From: Rotaria socialis
Lineage: Eukaryota
Direction: 5' to 3'
NCBI GenBank assembly: GCA_905331295.1
Contig: CAJNYD010000319.1
Span: forward strand, 1 to 47,738
Length of the DNA: 47,738 bases
The notes under the pieces: generated by a model
Database searches by the model: none
Told to the model about the DNA's origin: nothing
Seen by the model: the letters and a program-made list of their open reading frames with translations, nothing else
In this document: in pieces, positions 12,384 through 23,459 of the stretch
How positions within the stretch are numbered: the stretch's first letter is position 1
Layout of the letters: every line of letters begins with the position of its first letter
Program-made: the position numbers and the translations under genes

Positions 12384-14015
12384 ATGGCATTACCGCCGTA
12401 TGCTACGAATAATAAATACGTAATAAATGACGCACGAAGTGATATCAAATGGCGACATGGTAGACCGGATTATTCAAAAACTGCTGCTCTTTACGTACAG
12501 GAAAAGTCAAGTAAACATACGCCGGATTCAATGGAAGAAATTGTCGAAAATATTGTAAAGAATTGGGAAGTAGGTAAGAATAACGCGATTGAAATAACAA
12601 GAATTCTATCGTTCACAAAGCGTACTGGATGAAAAAAGTTGTCATAATCAAGAAATTCCATATTGCAAGTTTGAACATTTTCTGTTAGCAACGACACCAA
12701 AGGCGAAAGGAATGCGAGGAAAATCTTATTGAAAAAAAAGAAAGAATATATTTGAAAATTTATCTAATTAGTTTGAAGAACATAAGGTAGTCACTAAATG
12801 ATAGCCATGTTTTAGCACAGCTTCTGCATACGATAGTAAGTTTTTCATTGAGCAACAATATTTGTATTTATAGACAAGACTGTATACTGTTTTATTTCTT
12901 ACATCAAAGCGTCAAGTAATATTGTTTGAAGAAAGAAAAAAGGATTCATTTATTGTGTGTTGTGGTGGAGGGAAATGGGATAATAATTTGTAAGTAAGGA
13001 GGCAGATTTTAAGATACCATTGAGCATTAGTGCAATTACTATTCATGAATAGTAATCGCCATGTACTTCTCGAGTGAGATGAATTTAGATTTTATGTTTT
13101 TCATCTAGTGATTTTTTTATTAGGCGCAGAATCATTACTAGTTGCGCTAGTTTTCACTGCAGGCATTTTCTTAGGATCAGGTCTATAAACTGTAACTTGC
13201 TTTACTGTTTTTTGAAATACAGTTCGGAATTCGTGATTCTACAAAAATGAATAAGGGACTCTCGTTCGACTGCGTTTTCTCTTCTTCTGTTAATCGATAA
13301 TTGAAGCTTTAAAAAAAAGCTGATCCTTTCAATATATTTTCATTGAATTTGTTTTAAATGACAAATTGTAACTATTCTAGAAGTGAGTCATAAATTGGAT
13401 CCTCGACAATGGGAAACAATCGACGTGGACAACTATTGTTTCTCATGCAACGGCCTATCCAAATTTACTGCCGATGACTTAGTCAGGTTAGGCACTTACA
13501 CTGTATTGATCGGCAAAACAGCATACTGCAATGCAAATATGATGACACTTTCTGAATCTCAAATGGGATTTCTACGAGCCTTTGGAGAAGGTTTCGCCTG
13601 GGAAGTAATTGAACTCTATTCAGGCCCACCAAATGTTACCTTTAAATGGCGTCATTTCGGCCGGATGACTGGCTCTTTTTCATGCCCGTCTTTTTCAGGT
13701 TCTATCTACAAAGCGACGCCGACAAATAAGATGGTGAATATATACGGAATTTGCAAAGCTACCGTATCATCAGATTTGAAGATTCAAGATCTGCAAGTTT
13801 TCTTTGATATCAATCAATTGTTTGCTCAACTTACGGAATTATGTCCATTAGCTCCGTTTGCTAATATACCAATATCGCTTAATCCATCAGCCGCAAACCA
13901 AATGAGTGAATCGACCGTCAACGATACAAGCTCATCTGTCGATCAATCGAAATTAGCCGTGAAAGATCAGCAATCAAAATTAAATCAACAGTCAGCAACA
14001 TGTGCCATCATTTAA
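12384..14015 (+). CDS. 'Pathogen-related protein'-like (plant/fungal/bacterial family, probable SnoaL/NTF2-like fold), ~274 aa, C-terminal CaaX
   Basis: Exons 12384-12573 and 13381-14015 (807-bp phase-1 GT-AG intron gives 'KNWEVEVSHK'). Family motifs WRHGRPDYS, GTY, GFAWEVIELYSGPPNVTFKWRHFG. Ends in CAII*. Confidence 0.85.
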
Positions 14016-14420
14016 ATTACTCTTTCTACGCATTAAATGATTTCTTTTAATTTTACTGCTACTATAGAATGTATAATCACGCAAAACTTCACGACAATAA
14101 AACTAAAAAAAACTGTTCTTATCATAGTTCTTGGTCATTATTGTAAGAATCTAGTTAGAAGAGTATCTAGAACGGCATTATATCTCGTTCATCTTTTACT
14201 GAGTCGACCGAAGAACGAGCAATGCAACTTTAAAACGATGACATTTGCATCATGACAAAACTTTTATAGGAAAAATCTATTTATTGATATTAAATAAGAG
14301 CGATGTGTGAGAGAAATGACCACTATTATTCCACGTTCACACGTACACCTTTTGGTCGCATGACCAAACCAAAGAGAAACGCTGAATGTTAACTGAAAGA
14401 AATAAAAATAGAAAACCGTT

Positions 14421-16475
14421 CTACGCTTTTTCAAGTTTATCTGAAACTCGCTGAATATCTGCGTTGATTTCAATAACATCCGGATGATTCGGAAGCCATA
14501 TTTCATGGTAGATTTCAGCTGCATTATGAAAACATTTCAATGCTAGCTTAAATTCATTTGTACTTTCATATAGATCGCCCAAGTTTTTATGAGAACTTGC
14601 GATGTCCGGATGATCTGGTGGAAATGCTTTGGTTCTAATTTGAAGCGCTTTTTTTAAACATTCAAGTGCTATAGACGACTGGTTCAGCTGTAAACGAATG
14701 TTACCAACATTATTATAAGATATAGCTAAATCAGGATGATTTGTTGGTAAGCATTTTTGTCGAATCATCAGTGATCTAGCATAGAAAAACAACGCTTCAT
14801 GATAATTACTCTGTTCTCGATAGAACAGACCGATATTATCTTGAAATAAAGCCATGCCAGCATGATCGCCTAATTTTGCCTGTTCGAAAATTTTCACAGC
14901 TTCCTTAAATGATTCTAGTGCTTGATTTTTTTCGCCATTTTTCCAAAGAATTTCACCGATTCCATTGTGCGTCTTAGCAAGAATCACATTATCCACTGGA
15001 CCATTTTCCGTCGAGATTTTGAGTACTTTTTGATAATATTCCATACTGTTGTCATAATCGCATTTTAATTTCGCCACCAAACCAATATTATAGTAAACAT
15101 GAGCAAGTAATGGATCATCTTCATGAAGTTCATTAAGTAAACGCCGATAGTATTTTTCAGCATGATTAATTTTCCCCATCGATCTTAACACATTTCCGAA
15201 CGAGAGAAGATTTGTTTCTTCGATATCGTATTCTTTTCTCATGAATTCGAAAAGCTTCTTCAGTCCATATTTGTCTCCGCAAAGTGACATTTCAAATATG
15301 TTCAATTGATCATTATTGCTATCACCTTCTTGAATACGATCCAATCGAAAAATTGAACCAATCATAAAGAGAACTTCAGATTCAAGTTGTAAGTAGCTTA
15401 AATGGCTTATATCGGCAAACGGTTTGTTAGCACCGACTTGAGGATCAGCAGTGATCTTGAACAAGACCTTTTGCTTTGAAGTGTCATTTTGGTCACGATC
15501 ATCTTCGAGAAATCGACGTGCTACAAATTCTTTTTTACTTGTAGAGAGAAAAGAATTCATAGAAATAAAGTTTCCAATAGACTGTTTAAGTTTATCTATT
15601 TCACCATTTGACATCCATTGACCACGAAAAACCACTTCAAATTGTGATGGCTCCTGACTTTCACATAATTGTCGATAAATATCACGAATAAAAAACCGAA
15701 ATAGGAAAAGTAAATCTATATTTTGTACACGCAATGCTTTGTTCAGTGTTTTGTAAATAAACGATTCGCGTGTGTACCACCGTATGGCCTCACAAGGCAA
15801 ATAATTTTGTTCGAAATCTCTGAGATTTTTCATTTCCGTTTGATTATTGTTGTATTCTTGTTTACATAAGGCGATCAGTTCCTTTTTATCATGTACATTC
15901 GGTTTCATGCGAATTAAAACATCAATCAGTAACTGAAAATGTACAAATTGACCATTGATTCCCGATGACGATTGATCTAGTTGACCAGTCATACTGAAAA
16001 CGGTCATCATTGATAATGATTCTTCTTCCATTCTTCTTAGTTTATGGTCTTCTTGAATTCTATTAATTAGGTCATCGAGTTTAACGTATAATTCCTTTAC
16101 CTAAACAAAAATATAAAATTATGATTAATGCTAGACAATTATAAATCATACCTTCGGAAAATGTTGTGCCCATATTTCATTTGTAGCTTTATCCCAACAG
16201 AAAACATAAACCGATGATAATTGTTCCAGATCATGCACTTTTGGTACAATTTCACAGCCCAAGCTACCGCTGACAATGAGTACAATTCGATCAGCTACAG
16301 AAACATCTCGAATCACTTTCTCACATTCGCTTTCATCATCAAATACTTGCAAATTATTGATGATTGCCCGTAATATTATTTGTGAATGTTTGTTCTCCTC
16401 ACGGTGTACATTTTTATCGAGCCAGAAAATACGAAAAGTTTCAAGGCTCGTGTTGTAATCTTTGGACAATGCCAT
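14421..16475 (-). CDS. Receiver-like N-domain + R-S-E type NAD+ ADP-ribosyltransferase + TPR array, ~667 aa
   Basis: Exons 16475-16152 and 16100-14421 (51-bp intron). ART motifs WYT...LNKALR, VFRGQ (R), FLSTS (S-T-S) and ESEVLF (E-x-E). About six ~42-aa TPR repeats (e.g. HPDLAISYNNVG, HPDIASSHKNLG). Confidence 0.9.
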
Positions 16476-17224
16476 GTTTGTTGCTCTACTCGAAGTAGTC
16501 GAATGCCATTTTCTCTCACCTGACTGCGCCTTTTATGTGCAGCATAAAAAAAATCGAAAGAGCAAACGAATTTCATTTTTAGCTGAAGCGTGTTGTCGCA
16601 ACACCGGTGTGATGGTGGCTTTGTTTGCAGCTATCCAATCAGCTGTTTTATGTAAAACGTGTAGACACCTGTGTCTTTCTTTGTAACTTAATAAGAAATC
16701 ATCAATTCAATATTTACCTACTGCAGCGTGTTCTAGAGTGAGAAAAAGAATTGAGTTCATTTCTACGAAGCATCACGAACAAATCAGTAAACATTTGAAT
16801 GCAATGAATATATGTCTTTTTATCAAGCCAATTGACTAATCTCAAAATTACTGACAGCAAGAGATTTTTTTATGATAAATTTCGATCATACGATACAAGT
16901 TTGGCATAGTCTTATTGTTCGAATTCAATGTTTCATTTCTTTTTCTTTTGCTATTCAATCTACATGAAATGTCACATGTTCTAGTTTAGAATCGAATAAT
17001 CTCCGATTGGTGAAACAGGTTACATCTGAAAGGTAAAATTTAAGCAAATTATATATGCTATGCAGAAGTTTCCAATTATTCTTCTCTGCTATTTAAATTC
17101 GTACTAATAAACTCTACATACTCTTCGAGATTTTACTAACAATTAGAACAAGAGATTGATGCTTTAGCGCTAATGAATCTTCTGTTTCAAATATCGTAAA
17201 AGTTAAAATAATTTATTCATAAAA

Positions 17225-18870
17225 TTAACTATCGTCATCTAGTACATTATGTACGCTCATCGTGGCCAATTTCTTTGCTAGTTCAATAGCATATTCTTTT
17301 CCTCTGCCCATGTTCTCGTCGGAATTCGGTTCTATATTATCATACCAACGAGCAGGAATCCATTCCCAACCGTGTAAAGCACCGACCATATCTCCAATCA
17401 TTGCTGCTACAGTATCAGCATCACCGCCCATGTTAACGCCACGAACGAGACATTCTTCCGGTTCACGATAACCAGTACATACGACCCACAAAGCACAAGG
17501 TACAGCTTCGATTGCTTTGAGTTGAAAAGTATTACCCAACGCTCGTACTATATCAATATCCGCCCTGCAAGTAGTAATGAAAAACAAAATGGTAATTTTA
17601 ATATCGTTGGGAAACCGCTAAGAACTCCTGAATATATGTCATTGATTTTCGATTTGAAAAAAACGCAAGTATCGAACTTGTTCCTGTTCAACATGGGCGA
17701 GATTTACTCTAAAATTTTCATGGATACTATTCATCATTGAGAATGTTCATTTTTTCATATTTTAATCGTTAATAAATCAGATGCATACTTTTTCTTTTGT
17801 GAGCTCGCGCTATTGGTACCGTACTGGTCAGTATAGAATTTAATCAATTTTTTGATCTGATTCTGCATACTAGTAGTTCGCGCTGTTGATTGCAGAGTAT
17901 TCAGATATCCTGAAGCATCGAATGTATCAATTGATTCACAACGAAGAGCCAAAATAATAGCTTTAGCCAAAACAAAAGCTCCGTCTATACCTTCAGGATG
18001 CACATGCGAAGAAATAATAGACATACGAACAGCTTCGTAGAGTTCCTCATCCGATGCATCGCGAAAGGCAAGTGCAACAGGAGCTATTCGCATGGCTCCG
18101 CCGTTAGCAAACGACCCATCTGGAAAGTTAATGCGTCCACATTCACGATAGTCGATCTTACCATCAAGTACACACTATCAACAGTAAAATCAAAATAATC
18201 AATTTGGCGAAATTGTTTATAAATTTTTCGCATATCTTATTTCTGTCAAGTTTTAGATAAAATTGGAAAACTGCTAACATTTTGTTTGAATCGAGCAATG
18301 TGTGCATTATAATTTAGGGTGTAGTAGAAAGTAATTACGTAACACTCAGGAAACATCGTATGTTAAGATTTAGTAGCCATACAAGACGATTTAACAAACC
18401 GATGCAGTTTACAAAACAGCACATGAAAAAGAAAGGATTATTTTTGTTTACATAATACGTATCTTCGATGTAACATGAAGTGACTCATACTAAGAAAATT
18501 GATGAACTACAATCAAAAAAAGTATGTCACTGACCTGCATACTTGCTTGAGCAGAATCAGGATATCCTCGCTTGACTCCAGTAGACCAAAATTGTGCGTA
18601 GGATTGTGCTGCGTGTTTTGCTTTCAAGCCTTCATTCGCAACTAGACTATTTGCTAGTGCAAGCATAGCATTTGTATCGTCCGTATACATATGTATGCGA
18701 GGTCCGAGTTCCGGAATACCCATGTGCGGTGCTTTTATATCATCACGTACCATTCCAATCTCGCGTTTAATTCTGACAGCTGAAAAGCCTTCGACACCGG
18801 CACCTAGTTGATCACCAATCATATGACACAAGAGGCAACCAATGCAGCGATCGCTTAAAGTAGCTGCCAT
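17225..18870 (-). CDS. ADP-ribosylglycohydrolase (ARH/DraG family, ARH3-like motifs), ~353 aa, 3 exons
   Basis: Exons 18870-18535, 18174-17789, 17564-17225 splice in frame. Motifs GDQLGAGVEG, MYTDDT, GSFANGGAMRIAP, SHVHPEG, GGDADTVAAMIG (Mg-binding Asp residues present). Confidence 0.92.
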
Positions 18871-20066
18871 TTTCTTCTTATTTGATGATTACAACAGAAA
18901 AATATTGAGAAGATTCAAGTTCGTAATCCCGTATGGAAAAAACAACGATGCAGAAGGGCAGTTAACTGATACTGAATTTGACGCTTTCAAGCAGTAGTGT
19001 TATGATTGACTTGAATGAAAAGGTATCTCTCAGAGTCACCATGCAAAAAATAGTAACCAGTGTTTGGGTGAGTCAGAATGAAGTTATACACGCAGGAAAG
19101 AAAGCAAGAATGACTCAACTAATAGACACGAATCCCTCAGTAACAGGAAAGGGGTCGCGCACATTTAAGGCATAATTGTCAGGAGAGTCTATCTTGTGGT
19201 GAGAAGAATTGTTTTGTTTTGTTGGTCCATAGCTTTCGAGTGTAATCGTGAATCTATACTGTGGTAGACGCTTCATAGTGATGCTCATTCACAATCCTAT
19301 TATCATGAAAACGTGTCCACATTTGTTTATGCATATTCATATTCAAATCCTCTGAATTTTACGATGAACGCTGTATATAATCTATTTTCAATTCGTGCAT
19401 TAGTTAAAATCATAATAATGGGTTTTACATATCTTTTGAGAAATTAATTTCATGCAAAATTGTAAAATTTTATTAGTTTCAAACCACATGGAACAGATGG
19501 CAACGGTACCGGTTTACATAATAAAGACGTAGTAAATGATGATTTGAATAGCGGTGTTATTTTACTTTTCGGGATAGATACAAGCACATGCAGTGTAATA
19601 GAAAAATAATTTGTTAACTGAAGTATTAACGCAGACCACGAAACTTCTTATATGTTTATTTTTCTACAGCAATGAAGTTTTGTTTTTGTTATTAATTACA
19701 TTCTCTTTCGTTTTTTTGCATTTCATAACATTTGTTGTCTTCTTCTTCATTCGAATTCGAAGTTCTGGTGCAGGTCGAGAAAAAAGTACATCTACAACGG
19801 TACACAACGAGAGAACGCAATTTATTTTCACTTTGATTATTTCTTCTACGCTACGTTCGAGGTGAGATCATGTTGTCGTCAGCTTGCAGTACTTCTGCAG
19901 TTGCCAAGTCAACATTTAGATACTTGTTTTGCGAAATCATTCAGACATTTTTGTATATCGACTGGCATACGATTCGATAGAAAATATCCACCAAGACTCC
20001 TTGTCTCTTTCAAAAACGTTTTTCTCTGATTAATTTCATTCGTCGTTTTCTAGTTATAGCTTGACG

Positions 20067-21712
20067 ATGCAGCGATGGCCAGGTAAAATATATTCACGAT
20101 TGTATGGGCCAATTATTTGTCAACTGAGTAAGCGATACCAAAGCACCGCTGCAAAATTTGATTCGTCCGTTCTGGCTGGAACCTCAACGTTAGATAATGT
20201 GCCCATTACAACTAAACTAGAGTTTCTACCATCGAAAGCTAAATCAATTATTCCTAAATATCGGATAATGGACACAGATGGTAACATTATAAATAAAAAT
20301 GAAATGCCAAACGTGAGTTCCTTATTATTTTATTTTATTGAATCATAATTTGCTCTGCTTAGTTCTCTGACAATCAATTGATTAAAATATATAAAGATAT
20401 GACGATGCTTGAGACGATGGATCACATTTTATTTCAATCACAACGGCAACAACGTATTTCTTTTTATATGACACATCGTGGCGAAGAAGCAACGCAAATC
20501 GGTAGTGCTGCAGCACTCGATCCTGGCGATCTTGTCTATGCTCAATATCGAGAAGCTGGTAATATAATATGATTTGATTCATAATACAACAGTACGTTTT
20601 TCGTACAACAGGTATTCTTCTCTATCGTGGTTATAAACTACATCAATTTATTGATCAATGTATGGGCAATGCACGAGGCTCTTGTAAAGGAATTCAAATG
20701 CCGATTCATTATGGCTCGAAAGATCTTAACTATGTCACTATCTCGTCTACTGTGGCTACACAAATGCCACAAGCTGTCGGCAGTGCTTATGCTTATAAGC
20801 GGTAAAATAAAAGTTCTCTTATTGTTTGTACGTCAATCGAGTGTCTTCTATTTCAGTGCAGCTAATGAAAAATGTGTTGTTTGCTATTTTGGCGACGGCG
20901 CAACAAGCGAAGGTGATGCCCATGCAGCATTTAATTTTGCCGCTACACTCGAAGTGCCAATTATATTCATCTGGTAAACTCCTCATTGATACAGTTTTCT
21001 ATCAAGAAATTGTACGAATATTTAGCCGCAACAATGGATATGCGATCTCGACACCATCCAAAGATCAGTATCATGGTGATGGCATTGCTTCTCGTGGGAC
21101 TGGCTATGGTATGATGGCAATACGTGTCGATGGGCACGATCTATTCGCTGTTTACAATGCAACTAAAGCAGCACGTCAAATGGCTGTTAATGAAAACAAG
21201 CCGATACTAATCGAAGCCATGGTTGATAGGTATAAATATGATTATTGTCGTCATTATGATTACAAGATTTTGTTTCTTTCATCAAAGATTTGGTCCTCAT
21301 TCAACTTCAGATGATAGTTCAGCGTATCGATCCGAGGAGAAAATGCAGCATCACGCAAAGATAATCGATCCCATAGAACGCGTTCGTCGATATATGGATG
21401 TACGAGGCTGTTGGAATAATGAAAATGAGGAAACTTGGAGAAAAGAAGCAACAGACATGGTGAGTTTACTCGTATTTTGTTTCTAGTTTCTAAATTCAAT
21501 CATGCGAACATTAGGTATTGAAAGAACTAGAACAATGCGAGCACATAAAACGTGCACCAATCACGACCATGTTCGATAATGTATTTGAAAAAGTGGAACC
21601 ACATTTGCAAAAGCAGATGCATGAGCTGATACAGCATGTTCAACAAAATCACGAAGCGTCCTTTCTAACATTGCTATCGAAGTACGAACAATCATATGTG
21701 CCAAATAAATAA
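20067..21712 (+). CDS. BCKDHA: Branched-chain alpha-keto acid dehydrogenase E1 alpha subunit, mitochondrial, ~440 aa, 7 exons
   Basis: Exons 20067-20312, 20363-20558, 20612-20801, 20857-20973, 21026-21229, 21288-21459, 21515-21712. Motifs RISFYMT, QYREAG, QMPIHYG, TPP-binding GDGATSEGD...[10 protein letters not shown], and [11 protein letters not shown]. The N-terminus is basic and transit-peptide-like. Confidence 0.93.
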
Positions 21713-22057
21713 AGAAAATTTGAAATTTACAAAAAAAAACTGCCTCTTTTCTTTTTACACAACTAGATCAATCGAATGATATGAATCAATGCGTTCATGA
21801 GAGCTTCTTTTTTTTTATAAACGATGAAATATTTTGTTAAAGCGTAGTTTACTTACTGAAATCCATTTCGAAATTTACAGTATCATAGCTTCTATTACTT
21901 ATCATTCAACTTGTCTGACCGACCGATAGTTTCAACATTAAGATTTTATATCCGCTGACTGTTGAAAACTTCAAAAAATATTATGAAAAAAGCGCTAGAA
22001 CAAACATGCCGCAACAAAAGCATCATACTTAAAAGTGTTTCAACAAAACAAGGCAGA

Positions 22058-22555
22058 CTAACTCAACTGGGACGCTTGCAATTTTCTTACTTCGTATTCT
22101 ATCCGCTCAGCCATTTTCATTTCAATATCAGCCAACTGAGTCTTTCTTATATTTCTATGTTTTGCAGCTTGCTGTCGATATTTTGCAACAATGAGTTCAA
22201 CTAATTTATCGACAAGATCATTGATATTACCATAAAGTGTTGTATTATCTACTAGATCAGCATTGTCTTCAATCATATAAAGCGATAGATTGCTTGAACC
22301 GCAACGTTCTCTCAATAGTTCAGCTAAAGCATTGTTGGTTGTAAACAAGCATGTAGGCTTATCAATAAGACGAATGATATCATCGCTTGATGAATTGTCG
22401 ATTGTTATTAGTGTTTGTGGCGAAAGAAATATCTTGAGAAAATGTACAATACATTCGGCTGTAGGATTCATAGATTCTGAGAGATCAACAAGTATATATT
22501 GAATTTCGTCGACGAAAGCTAAACAGAAACAACAACGAATATAGTTAGTATCCAT
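22058..22555 (-). CDS. Hypothetical protein (alpha/beta N-part, helical C-tail); start uncertain
   Basis: 165-codon ORF with protein-like composition, tandem and co-oriented with 22797-23459. The first ~12 codons may be intronic (TTTAG acceptor near 22520). Confidence 0.6.
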   Translation of the reverse strand: MDTNYIRCCFCLAFVDEIQYILVDLSESMNPTAECIVHFLKIFLSPQTLITIDNSSSDDIIRLIDKPTCLFTTNNALAELLRERCGSSNLSLYMIEDNADLVDNTTLYGNINDLVDKLVELIVAKYRQQAAKHRNIRKTQLADIEMKMAERIEYEVRKLQASQLS

Positions 22556-22796
22556 ACGGAAATTCGCTTGAAAGGTTCTCTTTTTTCAGCACGTTCTCTA
22601 GCTAAAGTATTCGTATAGTACCAGCTGAAACGGAAAAAGAATATGCATAGCAATCACTTATCACAACTGAACTTTTGTGCTAAAAAAGGAAGACGTCTTT
22701 CAAATGATGAAAGTCACACACTAAACGTTTAGGAATGAAAATGAGTATGATTGAAAACCTTGATGAATAATTAGTTTATGAGAGAATTAATATGAT

Positions 22797-23459
22797 TTAA
22801 AAATTACCTATTGTTTCACGTGCTATGTGCTCGTCTCTTAAATTTTTCGCTCTTCGAATAAGACCATTTGGGCCTTGAAGCAAGTCGAGACGCTCGTTGA
22901 ATGTATGATGTATAGTATCTGCATTGTTAGCGTCTATTTCCAGCGTTTGAGCAGTAACGAAATATTGTCGGGCACTTTCTCCCTCGTCTACCGCTAGATA
23001 TGAACGCCCTAAATGGATGAATTCCTTTGAAATATCACGAAGAAGACGGATAAGCAGATCAGTTTCATGACCAAACATTTGTAAACAACTGCTATATGGC
23101 AGTGCCCAACGACAGTGATTACTAATTACCGCGCAGAAAATATAGAAAGAATAAACACGCGGGTAATTCTCAGTAACAAAGGGAACAATATCTTTGCCTA
23201 ATGTTCCTGAAGATATCAGAATGATTCTTTTTTCGGTTTCATTTTGAATCAAAACCAAAGCATCGTCGATATTTGAAACAAATTTGATTGGAGCAATTTC
23301 TTGTTCGAAACATAACATCAGATTATTAATCGAATCCGGTGGTAAACCGTTTATTGGAGCAAGCTTTTCTTGAAATTTCTCATGAAAAGCTCGATATTCT
23401 TCAATGATTCCAATATGAAGATCGAGCCATATACAATAAATACCATTTTCACTAGGCAT
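22797..23459 (-). CDS. Stand-alone receiver-like ('WLD') domain protein, 220 aa
   Basis: Shares WLD, RIxLIxSGxLGxxIVPxV, YxFC and WA motifs, in order, with the N-terminal domain of the ART at 16152-16475. Confidence 0.8.
   Translation of the reverse strand: MPSENGIYCIWLDLHIGIIEEYRAFHEKFQEKLAPINGLPPDSINNLMLCFEQEIAPIKFVSNIDDALVLIQNETEKRIILISSGTLGKDIVPFVTENYPRVYSFYIFCAVISNHCRWALPYSSCLQMFGHETDLLIRLLRDISKEFIHLGRSYLAVDEGESARQYFVTAQTLEIDANNADTIHHTFNERLDLLQGPNGLIRRAKNLRDEHIARETIGNF

Noticed and set aside
17650..17710. Extra ARH exon inside intron 2
   Set aside because: A single phase-2 intron 17565-17788 already restores the frame, and the candidate exon has no phase-compatible donor.
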